DNA from: Acidobacteriota bacterium
GTDB taxonomy: Bacteria > Acidobacteriota > Vicinamibacteria > Fen-336
Length of the DNA stretch: 64,000 nt
Direction: 5' to 3'
Assembly (NCBI GenBank): GCA_003223555.1
Contig: QHVM01000017.1
Location: forward strand, 14,425 to 78,424
A program made the translations under genes and the position numbers. The notes beneath the pieces were generated by a model that saw only the letters and a list, made by a program, of their open reading frames with translations, did not search any database and was not told where the DNA came from. Of the stretch, positions 42,769 to 54,420 are shown in pieces (within the stretch, counting starts at the first letter, position 1; every line of letters starts with the position of its first letter).

Positions 42769-45183
42769 CTAGTGCGTCATCCCGCCCTGGACGTCGCCCA
42801 GGGCCGGCGGCGGCACAGGTGGCTCCGCCACCTCCGCCGGCGGCACGGGCGGCGCCAGGGCGACCTTCAACACCTCGTCCATGTGCTCGACCAGCTCCAC
42901 CGTCACCGCGTCGAGCACGACCTTGGGGATGTCGGCCAGGTCCTTCTCGTTCTCCCGGGGCAGCACGATGGTGGTGACGCCGATGCGGTGGGCGGCGAGC
43001 AGCTTCTCCTTCACGCCCCCGATCGGCAGCACCTTGCCCCGCAGGGTGATCTCGCCCGTCATCGCCACCTCGCGCCGCACCGGGATCTTGGTGAGGGCGG
43101 AGACGAGGGCGGTGGCGATCGTGATGCCGGCCGAGGGCCCGTCCTTCGGGATCGCCCCCTCCGGGACGTGGATGTGGATGTCGGTCCGGCGGTTGAAGCC
43201 CGGCGCGATCCCGAGCTGCTCCGCGCGCGAGCGCACGTACGAGAGCGCCGCGTGGGCCGACTCCTGCATCACGTCGCCCAGCTTGCCGGTCAGGCGGAGG
43301 GCGCCCTTGCCGGGCATCAGGGTGACCTCGATGGGCAGGATCTCGCCGCCGACCTCCGTCCAGGCCAGGCCGGTGGCCATGCCGATCTCGTTGCGCTCCT
43401 CCTGCCGGGAGGCGCGATAGCGCGGCACGCCGAGGTAGGAATCGGTGTTGCCGGCGCTGATCTCGACCTGATAGCCCCGGCCGTCCAGGACCACCTTGCG
43501 CGCGACCTTGCGGCAGATGGACGAGATCTCCCGCTCCATGTTCCGCACGCCCGCCTCGCGGGTGTAGCGGCGGATGATCTCCTGCAGCGACTCCTCGGTG
43601 AAGGAGATGTTCTCCGCGCGCAGCCCGTGGGACTTGAGCTGTTTCGGGATCAAGTGGCGCTTGGCGATCTCGACCTTCTCCCGCTCGGTGTAGCCGGGCA
43701 GGCGCAGCACCTCCATGCGGTCCTGGAGGGGCTGGGGGATCGTGTGGAGCACGTTGGCGGTGGCGATGAAGAAGACCGACGAGAGGTCGAACTCGACGTC
43801 CAGGTAGTGGTCGGTGAAGCTGTGGTTCTGCTCGGGGTCCAGGACCTCGAGGAGGGCGGCCGAGGGGTCGCCCCGGAAGTCCATGGACATCTTGTCCACC
43901 TCGTCGAGGAGGAACACGGGGTTCCGGGTCCCCGCCTTCTTCATCATCTGGACGATCTGGCCCGGGAAGGCGCCGATGTAGGTGCGGCGGTGGCCGCGGA
44001 TCTCCGCCTCGTCACGCACCCCGCCCAGCGACATGCGCACGAACTTGCGGTTCGTGCAGCGGGCGATGGACTTGGCGAGCGAGGTCTTGCCCACCCCGGG
44101 CGGGCCCACGAAGCAGAGGATCGGTCCCTTCGGCTTGTTCACGAGCTGGCGCACGGCGAGGAACTCGACGATGCGCTCCTTGACCTTCTCCAGCCCGTAG
44201 TGGTCCTCGTTGAGGATGGCCTCCGCGGCCAGCAGGTCCTTGCGCTCGCGGGTCCGCTTCGACCACGGCACCGCGATCAGCCAGTCCAGGTAGTTCCGGG
44301 ACACGGTGGCCTCGGCCGACATCGGCGGCATGGACTCCAGCCGCTTCAGCTCCTGGAGCGCCCGGTCCTCGGCGTCCTTGGGCATCTTGGCCATCTCGAT
44401 CTTCTTGCGGAGCTCCTCGATCTCGTTCAGGCGGTCGTCCTTCCGCCCCAGCTCCTTCTGGATGGCCTTCATCTTCTCGTTGAGGTAGTACTCCTTCTGG
44501 GCCCGCTCCATCTGCTTCTTGACCCGGCCCTGGATGCGCTTGTCCACCTGGAGCTTGTCCACCTCGGCCTCGAGGATGGTCAGGATCCGCTGCAGGCGCT
44601 CCTGGGGGGCGAAGATCTCCAGCAGGTTCTGCTTCTCCTCCACCGGGACCACCAGGTGGGAGGAGATGGTGTCGGCCAGCTTGCCCGGGTCCTCCACCCG
44701 CACCGCGGCCAGCATGGCGTCGTAGTGGAGGTTGTTCGACAGCTTCACGTACTGCTCGAAGAGCGCGATGACCTTCGACATCACCGCCTCGACGCCGCTG
44801 GCCGTCTCCACCTGCTTGGGGATCAGCTTGACCACCACCCGGAAGAAGCCCTGCTCCTCCTTGAACTCCAGGGCCCGGCCGCGGTCCAGACCCTCCACCA
44901 GCACCTTCACGTTGCCGTCGGGGAGCTTGAGGCTCTGGACGATGTTGCAGAGGGTGCCGAGGGTGTGGATCTCCTCCGGACCGGGGTTGTCGCGCGTGGC
45001 GTCGTGCTGGGCGGAGAGGAAGATGCGCTTGCCCTTCACGAGGGCGTACTCGAGGGCCTTGATGGAGCTGGGGCGCCCGATGACGAACGGGATCATCATG
45101 TGCGGGAACACCACCACGTCCCGCAGCGGAACCATCGGCAGGGTCTCAATCACGTCCGTTTTGTCTTTCTCTTTGCCGAACAT
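42769..45183 (-). CDS. lon: ATP-dependent Lon protease
   Basis: [38 protein letters not shown]. Confidence 0.98.
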   Translation of the reverse strand: MFGKEKDKTDVIETLPMVPLRDVVVFPHMMIPFVIGRPSSIKALEYALVKGKRIFLSAQHDATRDNPGPEEIHTLGTLCNIVQSLKLPDGNVKVLVEGLDRGRALEFKEEQGFFRVVVKLIPKQVETASGVEAVMSKVIALFEQYVKLSNNLHYDAMLAAVRVEDPGKLADTISSHLVVPVEEKQNLLEIFAPQERLQRILTILEAEVDKLQVDKRIQGRVKKQMERAQKEYYLNEKMKAIQKELGRKDDRLNEIEELRKKIEMAKMPKDAEDRALQELKRLESMPPMSAEATVSRNYLDWLIAVPWSKRTRERKDLLAAEAILNEDHYGLEKVKERIVEFLAVRQLVNKPKGPILCFVGPPGVGKTSLAKSIARCTNRKFVRMSLGGVRDEAEIRGHRRTYIGAFPGQIVQMMKKAGTRNPVFLLDEVDKMSMDFRGDPSAALLEVLDPEQNHSFTDHYLDVEFDLSSVFFIATANVLHTIPQPLQDRMEVLRLPGYTEREKVEIAKRHLIPKQLKSHGLRAENISFTEESLQEIIRRYTREAGVRNMEREISSICRKVARKVVLDGRGYQVEISAGNTDSYLGVPRYRASRQEERNEIGMATGLAWTEVGGEILPIEVTLMPGKGALRLTGKLGDVMQESAHAALSYVRSRAEQLGIAPGFNRRTDIHIHVPEGAIPKDGPSAGITIATALVSALTKIPVRREVAMTGEITLRGKVLPIGGVKEKLLAAHRIGVTTIVLPRENEKDLADIPKVVLDAVTVELVEHMDEVLKVALAPPVPPAEVAEPPVPPPALGDVQGGMTH

Positions 45184-45187
45184 TCAT

Positions 45188-45265
45188 TGAGCTGGGGGGT
45201 GCTAGCGGCGCACCCCCCAGACCCCCCGCGCGCTCCGCGGGAATGAATCCCGCTCCGCGCGCAGC
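45188..45265 (-). repeat. Palindromic repeat copy directly upstream of the lon start codon
   Basis: First ~40 nt identical to the copies at 12698 and 46591; stem GCGGGA-TTCAT-TCCCGC. Confidence 0.92.
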
Positions 45266-45347
45266 CTGTGACTGTTCCCCATAATCACGCACACCTGAGC
45301 CGTCACCAATGCGACACGACCAGGAGCCCTGGAGGGGCGTTCTCGCT

Positions 45348-46589
<1,242 letters not shown>

Positions 46590-46590
46590 G

Positions 46591-46668
46591 TGAGCTGGGG
46601 GGTGCTAGCGGCGCACCCCCCAGACCCCCCGCTCGCTCCGCGGAAGTGAATCCCGCTCCGCTCGCAGC
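46591..46668 (-). repeat. Palindromic repeat copy directly upstream of the clpX start codon
   Basis: Same element; fills most of the clpP-clpX spacer. Confidence 0.92.
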
Positions 46669-46684
46669 TTGGGCCTGAGGCCAT

Positions 46685-47296
46685 TTATCGCTCTCGCCGA
46701 GAGATTACCTGATCAACGATACCATACTCCTTGCCCTGGGCCGCGTCCATGATGAAGTCGCGGTCGGCGTCGGCGGCGATCTTCTCCACCGGCTGCTTGG
46801 TGTGGAAGGCGAGGATGTGGTTGAGGCGGTCCTTGACGCGCAGGATCTCCTTGGCCTGGATGGCGATGTCCGAGGCCTGACCCTGGGTCCCCCCCCACGG
46901 CTGGTGGATGAGGATGCGCGAGTTGGGGAGCGCGAAGCGCTTGCCGGGCGTGCCCGCGGCGAGCAGCACGGCGCCGAACGATGCCGCCTGGCCCACGCAG
47001 ATCGTCTGCACGTCGGGGCGGACGAGCTGCATCGTGTCGTAGATGGCCATCCCGGCGGTGGTCGATCCGCCCGGCGTGTTGATGTAGACGTGGATGTCCT
47101 TCTCCGGGTCCTCGGCCTCGAGGAAGAGGAGCTGGGCGATGATCAGGTTGGCCACCATGTCGTCGATGGCCGTCCCGATGAAGACGATGTTGTCCTTGAG
47201 GAGACGGGAGTAGATGTCGTACGCGCGCTCGCCCCGGGCCGTCTGCTCCACCACCATCGGGACCAGCGTGCCCGCGTACGGACTGGACGCGCTCAT
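46685..47296 (-). CDS. clpP: ATP-dependent Clp protease proteolytic subunit
   Basis: [26 protein letters not shown]. Confidence 0.98.
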   Translation of the reverse strand: MSASSPYAGTLVPMVVEQTARGERAYDIYSRLLKDNIVFIGTAIDDMVANLIIAQLLFLEAEDPEKDIHVYINTPGGSTTAGMAIYDTMQLVRPDVQTICVGQAASFGAVLLAAGTPGKRFALPNSRILIHQPWGGTQGQASDIAIQAKEILRVKDRLNHILAFHTKQPVEKIAADADRDFIMDAAQGKEYGIVDQVISRRER

Positions 47297-48567
47297 TCGG
47301 TGTCCAGTCTAGCATTGGCCCTCAGCAAGTCAAGGGTCTTGTCCTCGCGGATGCGCGCGCGGAGCGCGACGAGATCGCCTTCCTTCTCCATCTGACGGCG
47401 CAGCGTCTCCTTCGGCTTGCGCAGTCGGTCGGCAAGGCGCGCGACCTCCGCGTCGACGTCGCCTTCGAGGGCCTCGATGCCCTCGCGGCGCGCGATTTCG
47501 TCGAGCAGCACGTCGGCCTTGGCCGCCTTGACCGAGTCCTCGCGCTGCGATTCGCGGTAGCCCTTCCAGTCGACGCCGGCCCGGGTGGGATCGATGCCCT
47601 GATAGAGCAGCCCGCGCGCGGCGTTCTCGGTGCGGGCGCTCATGTGGCGGTCGACGAGCGCCTCGGGGACCTCGAAGGTGGCCCGCTCGACGAGCGCGTC
47701 GACGAGCGCGCCGCGGAGCTCGCGCTCGATCTTGCCCTCCTCGGCCGCGAGCAGCCGCTTGCGCAGCGCCTCGCGCAGCTCGGCCAGCGACGCGTATTCC
47801 CCGAGATCTTTGGCGAACTCGTCGTCGGCGGGGGGCACCACCTTCCTCTTGATGTCCTTCAGCGTGACCGTGTAGCCGACTGCGCGCTCGGCCTTGGGCG
47901 GCGACTGCTGCGCCGGCTCCATCACGACCCGCACCTGCTTCGTCTCGCCGGGCGACATGCCGGCCAGGCCCTCGTTCAGCTCCGGGTGGTTGTCCTTGGA
48001 TCCGACCTCCACCAGCACGTTTTCATCGTGACGGGGCTTTCCCTCCGCGGTCGTGAACCTGACGTCGAGCATGACGAAGTCGCCGGTCTCGGCCGGACGA
48101 GGCTCCACCGGGTCGTAGCGGGCCGCCTGTTCGCGCAGGCGCTCGATCTCCGCCTCCACCTGCGCGTCGGTCACCTCCGCCTTCCGCGCCTTGACGCTGA
48201 GGCCGCGGTACTCGGGGACCTCGACGAGGGGAAGCGTCTCGAAGACCGCCCGGAAGGTCATGGGCTGGCTCTCGTCGATCTTGAGGTCGGTGACCTTCGG
48301 GCTGGCCAGCGGGCGCAGGCCCCGTCCCTCCAGCTCCTCGAACACCACCCGGTTGACGATAGCCTCCGCGGCATCCTCCAGGACCTGGGCGCGGAAGCGC
48401 TGGCGGATCACCTCCGGGGGGACCTTCCCGGGACGGAAGCCGGGGATGCGGACCTTGCGCGCGTACTCGCGGGCCCGCTTGTCGATCTCCCTCTCCACGA
48501 CCTCGGGCTCGATCTCGAAGCTGAGCGACTTGCGGACCGACGTCTCCTCGTTGTACTCGACCTTCAA
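47293..48567 (-). CDS. tig: Trigger factor
   Basis: [10 protein letters not shown] signature, DDEFAK; tig-clpP-clpX-lon synteny. Confidence 0.95.
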   Translation of the reverse strand: MKVEYNEETSVRKSLSFEIEPEVVEREIDKRAREYARKVRIPGFRPGKVPPEVIRQRFRAQVLEDAAEAIVNRVVFEELEGRGLRPLASPKVTDLKIDESQPMTFRAVFETLPLVEVPEYRGLSVKARKAEVTDAQVEAEIERLREQAARYDPVEPRPAETGDFVMLDVRFTTAEGKPRHDENVLVEVGSKDNHPELNEGLAGMSPGETKQVRVVMEPAQQSPPKAERAVGYTVTLKDIKRKVVPPADDEFAKDLGEYASLAELREALRKRLLAAEEGKIERELRGALVDALVERATFEVPEALVDRHMSARTENAARGLLYQGIDPTRAGVDWKGYRESQREDSVKAAKADVLLDEIARREGIEALEGDVDAEVARLADRLRKPKETLRRQMEKEGDLVALRARIREDKTLDLLRANARLDTE

Positions 48568-48624
48568 GCGCGCGCACTCCTTGCCGAAACAAAGAAGGAT
48601 AGCACGCGGCCCCGCGCGGCCCGG

Positions 48625-49149
48625 CTAGCGGCCGCAGCGGCCGGCGACGCGGGCCGAGATGTCGAATGTCGAAGGCGGATCTTCTCCGAGGCCCAGGGTG
48701 TGGAGCGCCTCGTGGATGAGCGTCAGCTCCGCCCACCGCGGGTCGTGCAGGTAGGCGCGGGCGAATCGGCCGCACACCGAGACCACGCGGCGGCCCGGGG
48801 TGGCGGTGGCCAGCACCTGGTCTTGCTGGCAGCGCCCGCGGTCGAGCCCTTCGGCGAAGAACACGAGGGCGAGGTAGCCGGCGCCGGTCAGGCCGAGGCG
48901 GTCGAGCCGCTCCTGGAGCGGGCGCCCGGAGGCGTCGGCGAAGTCGGCGAAGACTCGCGCGCAGGCGGGGCGGGCCAGCCGCCGGGCTGCGCCCCCGAGG
49001 GCCATCCTCACCTCGCCGGCCCCGGGCCCGGGGGCGATCATCTGCAAGGCGGGATCGCCCGCGGCGGGATGAGCCGCCTCGGCTCCGGTCGCGAGCAGGC
49101 TGGCCGAGGCGCCGAGCAGGAGGACCGCCGTTGCGTTGCCGAGCTTCAT
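48625..49149 (-). CDS. Secreted hypothetical protein with an HExxH motif
   Basis: Signal peptide, IHEALHTLGL, four Cys. Confidence 0.75.
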   Translation of the reverse strand: MKLGNATAVLLLGASASLLATGAEAAHPAAGDPALQMIAPGPGAGEVRMALGGAARRLARPACARVFADFADASGRPLQERLDRLGLTGAGYLALVFFAEGLDRGRCQQDQVLATATPGRRVVSVCGRFARAYLHDPRWAELTLIHEALHTLGLGEDPPSTFDISARVAGRCGR

Positions 49150-49321
49150 CGTCCGCCCCCACCTCTTCCGGCCCCCCGGCAGGAACGTCCCCGGGGGCCG
49201 TGCGCCACAGACCTACGAAGGCCGGCATGGCGGAATCGTGGGGAATGGTTGAGATTTTCCTGGCTTGACACTCCGGACTTTTCGGTGGTACGCCTCGGAA
49301 TCGTTCCTAGGGAGGCCCTCC

Positions 49322-52150
49322 ATGCGAGCTCGAGCGGATGTCGGTCTCATCTTGTTGTTGGTCTTCGGCCTGGCCGGGGCGGGCCCGGCGGGCGCGCAAT
49401 CCACCAGCACCGGCATCCGTGGCACCGTATCGGACGATTCCGGCGTCCTCCCCGGCGCCACGGTCCTGGCGCGCGACACCCAGAGCGGGTTCAAGTACGA
49501 AGCGGTCACGGATGCCCATGGCTTTTTCGTTCTCTCGGGCATGCGGCCGGCCACCTACGAGGTCGCGGTCTCGATGGACAAGTACAAGCCCCAGGCGAAG
49601 ACTGTCCAGCTGGTCATCGGCAACGAGGTGACGCTCAACTTCAAGATCACGCCGGACCTCGTCTATACCGAGCAGGTCGAGGTGGTGGCCGCCACCGGCC
49701 GGATCGTGGACCTGAAGACGGCGGAGATCGCGACCAATGTGACGACCGAGCAGGTGCGTTACCTCCCGCAGAACCAGCGCAACTTCCTGAACTTCGCGAA
49801 CCTGGCCCCCGGCGTGAAGGTGTCCCAGGACGAGCAGAGGAAGCAGGTCACGGCGGGCGGCCTCGACGCCACCCAGATCAACGTCTTCATCGACGGCGTC
49901 AGCTACAAGAACGACGTCCTCGACGGCGGCGTCGTCGGCCAGGACTCGAGCCGCGGCTCGCCGTTCCCGCAGAACGCGGTCCAGGAGTTCCAGGTCCTGA
50001 CCCAGAACTACAAGGCCGAGCACGAGAAGGCGTCGAGCGCCGTCATCACCGCGCTGACGAAGAGCGGCACCAACAACTGGGCGGGAGACCTGTTCGTCCT
50101 GTACCAGAACAAGGGCCTGGTGAGCCTCGACAAGTACTCGAAGGCGCGCAACCTGCCCAAGCCGTCCTACGAGCGCTACCAGCCCGGCCTCTCGGTCGGC
50201 GGCCCGATCATCAAGGACAAGCTCCTCGTCTTCGGCGCCTACGAGGAGAACCGCCAGAACCGCGACGCCCAGGTCTTCCTCGGCGGCGTGCCCGCGCCGG
50301 CCAGCCTCAACCTGAAGCGCTACGAGGGGACCTTCCCGTCCGAGTTCCGCGAGAAGCTGCTCTTCGGGAAAGCGACCTACCAGCCGAAGGTCGGCCAGAC
50401 CGTAGACGTCAGCTACAGCCTGCGGACCGAATCGGACGTGCGCAACTTCGGCCAGCAGACGAGCTTCGAAGCGGCCGAGAACGTCGAGAACCGGGTCGAC
50501 TCCGTCCTCGGCCGCTGGCTGGTGCCGGGCCACGACTGGCTCAACGAGTTCACGGCCACGTGGCAGCGCTCCCGGTGGAACCCGCAGCCACTCAACCCGA
50601 CCCTCGTCGGCCTCGATTACCAGGGCGTGATCCGCGCCGGCGGGCGCGACACCACCCAGCTCTTCACCCAGACCCGTTTCTCTTTGCGCAACGATTTCAG
50701 CCGATCCACGAGCTGGCACGGGAACCATTCCCTGAAGGCCGGGGCGGTGCTGAGCTTCCTCGACTACAAGGTCAGGAAGGAGTTCAACGGCAACCCGGTC
50801 TTCCGATTCCGCTCGATCGAGAACTTCGCGTTCCCGTTCGAGGCCGGTTATGGCGTGGGGAACCCGGACTTGAGCACGAGCAACCGGGAGATCGGCTTCT
50901 TCGTCCAGGACGACTGGACGGCGGCGCCGCGGCTCACCCTCAACCTCGGCCTGCGCTGGGACTACGAGACGGACATGCTGAACAACGACTACGTGACGCC
51001 GCCCGCGGTACGGGCATGGGCGTCGCAGTTGGGCGTCGAGCCGAGCCGCTACTTCACCGACGGCCGCGACCGGCCGCCCTTCTACGGCGCGTGGCAGCCG
51101 CGGGTCGGGTTCTCGTACGACACCACTGGACGGGGCAAGTACGTCCTCTTCGGCGGCTACGGCCGATACTACGACCGGATCTTCTACAACGCGGGCCTCG
51201 ACGAGAAGTTCCGGCTCCAGTATGCCGTCCGGACCTTCCGCTTCTCGACGAACGGCGCTCCCGACCCCAACGGCAACCCGACGATCGCCTGGAAGCCCGA
51301 GTACCTGAGCAAGGCGGGGCTCGACGCGCTGATCGCGGCCGGCGTTGCGCCGACGCCCGAGGTGTTCCTGATCGACAACAAGACGAAGCCGCCGGTCTCG
51401 GACCAGTTCAACGCCGGCGTACGGGCGGCCCTGCCCAAGTCCATCTTCCTTACTGCCAACTACGCCGGCATCCGCGCCCGCAACGGCTTCACCTTCATAT
51501 TCGGCAACCGGCAGGCCAACGGGAACTGCTGCCGGCAGATCCCGCCGTTCAGCAACCTGCTGCTCTCGACCGACACCAAGAAGAACTGGTTCGACGCGCT
51601 GTACTTCACCGCCGAGCATCCGTTCGACGGGAAGTGGGGCGCCCAGCTCGCCTACACGCTCGGCAAGGCCGAGGCCATCGGGGGTGACCTCTTCAGCCTC
51701 GACTACCGCACGCCGGCGGACTACCCGCGGCACCCGACACCGAGCGACGAGCGGAACCGCCTGGTGGCCACGACCATCTGGGGCCTGCCGGCCGACTTCT
51801 TCGTGAGCGGCATGCTCACGGTCGGCTCCGGCCTCGGCTACACGATCGCGGACTTCTCGCAGGGCGGGGCCTTCGGGCAGTTCCGCATCCTGCTCAACAC
51901 CGGCCGGCCCGACCACGACCTGGCCTTCCGGAGCCTGGACCTCCGGCTGGAGAAGGTCTTCAAGTTCGCCAAGACCCAGCGGGTGTCCGCGGCCGCGGAA
52001 GCGTTCAACGTCTTCAACTACACAAACGACGCCTGCTACGACGGGTTCATCCCGACGCTGCCGTCGGTCAACGCGAACTTCGGCAAGCCGAGCTGCGTCG
52101 TGGACAACTCCACGCGCCGGCTCCAGTTCGGCCTGCGCTACACGTTCTGA
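49322..52150 (+). CDS. TonB-dependent receptor (Oar-like, with a carboxypeptidase-regulatory N-domain)
   Basis: GGAGG RBS, signal peptide, G.V.D..G..PGATV, TKSGTN, QDDW..LTLNLGLRWD, C-terminal LRYTF. Confidence 0.93.
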   Translation: MRARADVGLILLLVFGLAGAGPAGAQSTSTGIRGTVSDDSGVLPGATVLARDTQSGFKYEAVTDAHGFFVLSGMRPATYEVAVSMDKYKPQAKTVQLVIGNEVTLNFKITPDLVYTEQVEVVAATGRIVDLKTAEIATNVTTEQVRYLPQNQRNFLNFANLAPGVKVSQDEQRKQVTAGGLDATQINVFIDGVSYKNDVLDGGVVGQDSSRGSPFPQNAVQEFQVLTQNYKAEHEKASSAVITALTKSGTNNWAGDLFVLYQNKGLVSLDKYSKARNLPKPSYERYQPGLSVGGPIIKDKLLVFGAYEENRQNRDAQVFLGGVPAPASLNLKRYEGTFPSEFREKLLFGKATYQPKVGQTVDVSYSLRTESDVRNFGQQTSFEAAENVENRVDSVLGRWLVPGHDWLNEFTATWQRSRWNPQPLNPTLVGLDYQGVIRAGGRDTTQLFTQTRFSLRNDFSRSTSWHGNHSLKAGAVLSFLDYKVRKEFNGNPVFRFRSIENFAFPFEAGYGVGNPDLSTSNREIGFFVQDDWTAAPRLTLNLGLRWDYETDMLNNDYVTPPAVRAWASQLGVEPSRYFTDGRDRPPFYGAWQPRVGFSYDTTGRGKYVLFGGYGRYYDRIFYNAGLDEKFRLQYAVRTFRFSTNGAPDPNGNPTIAWKPEYLSKAGLDALIAAGVAPTPEVFLIDNKTKPPVSDQFNAGVRAALPKSIFLTANYAGIRARNGFTFIFGNRQANGNCCRQIPPFSNLLLSTDTKKNWFDALYFTAEHPFDGKWGAQLAYTLGKAEAIGGDLFSLDYRTPADYPRHPTPSDERNRLVATTIWGLPADFFVSGMLTVGSGLGYTIADFSQGGAFGQFRILLNTGRPDHDLAFRSLDLRLEKVFKFAKTQRVSAAAEAFNVFNYTNDACYDGFIPTLPSVNANFGKPSCVVDNSTRRLQFGLRYTF

Positions 52151-52224
52151 GCCTCCCCGGTCGTCGGCTCCCGCGCCGGACCTGGCGCCTCCTGCCGGGC
52201 GCGCTCGCGCTCGGCGGGAGCGCC

Positions 52225-54420
52225 GTGCTCGGCGCCGCCCGGCCGGCGCGCGCACCGGAGATAGAGCGGCGGATCGAGACCCTGCTGGGAGAGATGACCC
52301 TCCAGGAGAAGCTCGGCCAGCTCCAGCAGCTCGACGGGCTCGGGGAGGGCTCGTACCGGACCGAGCACCTGGAGCTGGCCCGCCGAGGCCTGTTCGGCTC
52401 CACGCTCAACGTGCGCGGCGCCGCCAACGTGAACCCCCTCCAGCGCGCGGCCGTCGAAGAGTCGCGCCTCCGGATCCCGCTCCTCTTCGGCTTCGACGTG
52501 ATCCACGGCTACCGCACCATCTTCCCGATCCCGCTCGGGGAGGCGGCGAGCTGGGACCCGGCCGCCGTCGAGCGCGCGGCCTCGATCGCCGCCGCCGAGG
52601 CGCGGGCGGCCGGCGTGCAGTGGACCTTCGCTCCCATGGTGGACATCGCCCGGGACGCGCGCTGGGGCCGGATCGCGGAGGGCGCCGGGGAGGATCCGTA
52701 CCTGGGGAGCGTGATGGCGCGGGCGCGCGTGCGGGGCTTCCAGGGCGACGATTACGGCCGGCCCGACCGGGTGATGGCCTGCGCCAAGCATTGGGTGGCC
52801 TACGGCGCCGCCGAGGGCGGCCGCGACTACGACACCACCGACGTCTCCGAGCGCGCGCTGCGGAGCGTCTATTTCCCCCCGTTCCGGGCGGCGGTCGACG
52901 CGGGCGTCGGCTCGGTCATGAGCGCCTTCAACGACCTGAACGGCGTCCCGTCGTCGGGCAACCCCTTCACGCTCACCCAGGTGCTGCGGAAGGAATGGGG
53001 CTTCGACGGCCTGGTCGTCAGCGACTACACCGCGGTCACCGAGCTCATCGATCACGGGCTCGCGGCCGACGAGGCCGACGCTGCCCGCCAGGCGCTGTCG
53101 GCGGGCGTCGACATGGAGATGGTCAGCCGCACGTATGGGAGGCACGGGGCGCGGCTCGTCCAGGAAGGCAAGCTGAGCCTGGCCGGCGTGGACGAAGCCG
53201 TCCGCCGCGTGCTCCGGGTCAAGCTCCGGGCCGGCCTCTTCGATACGCCCTACGCCGATCCGGAGCGGGAGCGCGCGACCCTGCTCAAGCCGGAGTTTCG
53301 CGCCGCCGCGCGCGAGATCGCCGGGCGCTCGATGGTCCTGCTCAAGAACGACCCCTGCGTCCTGCCCCTCTCGCCTTCGGTCGGGCGCCTGGCCGTCATC
53401 GGACCGCTCGCCGACGATCGCGAGGACACGATGGGCAACTGGACCGGCGACGGCCGCCCGGATGACGTGGTGACGGTCCTCGACGGCATCAGGGCGGCGA
53501 CGCCGTCGTCCCCATTGACCTACGCGAAGGGCGTGACCCTGGACTTGAGCGTGTTGACGGATCCCGCCGCCCACGCGGCTTCCGACCGGGCCGGCATCGA
53601 GCAGGCTGTGCGCGCCGCGCGCGAGGCCGACGCCGTCGTCCTCGTGCTGGGCGAGACAGGCGCCATGAGCGGCGAGGCTTCCTCGCGCGCCTCGCTCGAT
53701 CTCCCCGGCCGGCAGCTAGAGCTGGCGCAGGGGGTCATCGGTTCCGGCAAGCCGACCGCGGTGGTGCTGATGAACGGCCGGCCGCTCACCATCCCCTGGC
53801 TCGCGGAGCACGCTCCGGCCGTCGTCGAGGCGTGGTTTCCCGGCACCGAGGCGGGCAACGCGGTGGCGGACGTGCTGTTCGGCAAGGTGAACCCGGGAGG
53901 CAAGCTGCCCGTGACGTTCCCCCGGACCGTAGGCCAGGTGCCCCTCTACTACGACCACAAGAACACCGGCCGGCCGCCGGACGAGAAGAACAAGTACACG
54001 TCGAAGTACCTCGACGCGGCGTGGACGCCGCTGTTTCCCTTCGGCCATGGCCTGAGCTACACGGCGTTCGAGCTGTCGGGCCTGCGGCTCAGCGACCGCC
54101 GCCTCGCGCGCGACGGCCGCATCACGGTGTCGGTGGACGTCCAGAACGTGGGATCCCGCGCGGGCGACGAGGTCGTGCAGCTCTACGTCCGCGATGTCGT
54201 GGCCACCGTCACCCGGCCGGTGCGGGAGCTGGCGGGATTCCAGCGGGTCACGCTGCGGCCCGGTGAGAAACGGACGCTGGAGTTCACCCTCGGGCCCGAG
54301 CGCCTCGGCCTCTACGACCGGGAGATGAGATGGGTCGTCGAGCCTGGCCTCTTCGAGGTCCGGGTGGGAACCAGCTCGGAAGGGGGTCTGGAGGCCTCGT
54401 TCGAGGTCGAGGCGGAGTGA
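52225..54420 (+). CDS. bglX: GH3 beta-glucosidase (BglX-like); start probably further upstream
   Basis: MTL.EK.GQ, DVIHG, RWGR..EG.GED, KHW, SDY nucleophile, GE..SR, FPFGHGLSYT, Fn3-like tail. Confidence 0.9.
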   Translation: MLGAARPARAPEIERRIETLLGEMTLQEKLGQLQQLDGLGEGSYRTEHLELARRGLFGSTLNVRGAANVNPLQRAAVEESRLRIPLLFGFDVIHGYRTIFPIPLGEAASWDPAAVERAASIAAAEARAAGVQWTFAPMVDIARDARWGRIAEGAGEDPYLGSVMARARVRGFQGDDYGRPDRVMACAKHWVAYGAAEGGRDYDTTDVSERALRSVYFPPFRAAVDAGVGSVMSAFNDLNGVPSSGNPFTLTQVLRKEWGFDGLVVSDYTAVTELIDHGLAADEADAARQALSAGVDMEMVSRTYGRHGARLVQEGKLSLAGVDEAVRRVLRVKLRAGLFDTPYADPERERATLLKPEFRAAAREIAGRSMVLLKNDPCVLPLSPSVGRLAVIGPLADDREDTMGNWTGDGRPDDVVTVLDGIRAATPSSPLTYAKGVTLDLSVLTDPAAHAASDRAGIEQAVRAAREADAVVLVLGETGAMSGEASSRASLDLPGRQLELAQGVIGSGKPTAVVLMNGRPLTIPWLAEHAPAVVEAWFPGTEAGNAVADVLFGKVNPGGKLPVTFPRTVGQVPLYYDHKNTGRPPDEKNKYTSKYLDAAWTPLFPFGHGLSYTAFELSGLRLSDRRLARDGRITVSVDVQNVGSRAGDEVVQLYVRDVVATVTRPVRELAGFQRVTLRPGEKRTLEFTLGPERLGLYDREMRWVVEPGLFEVRVGTSSEGGLEASFEVEAE

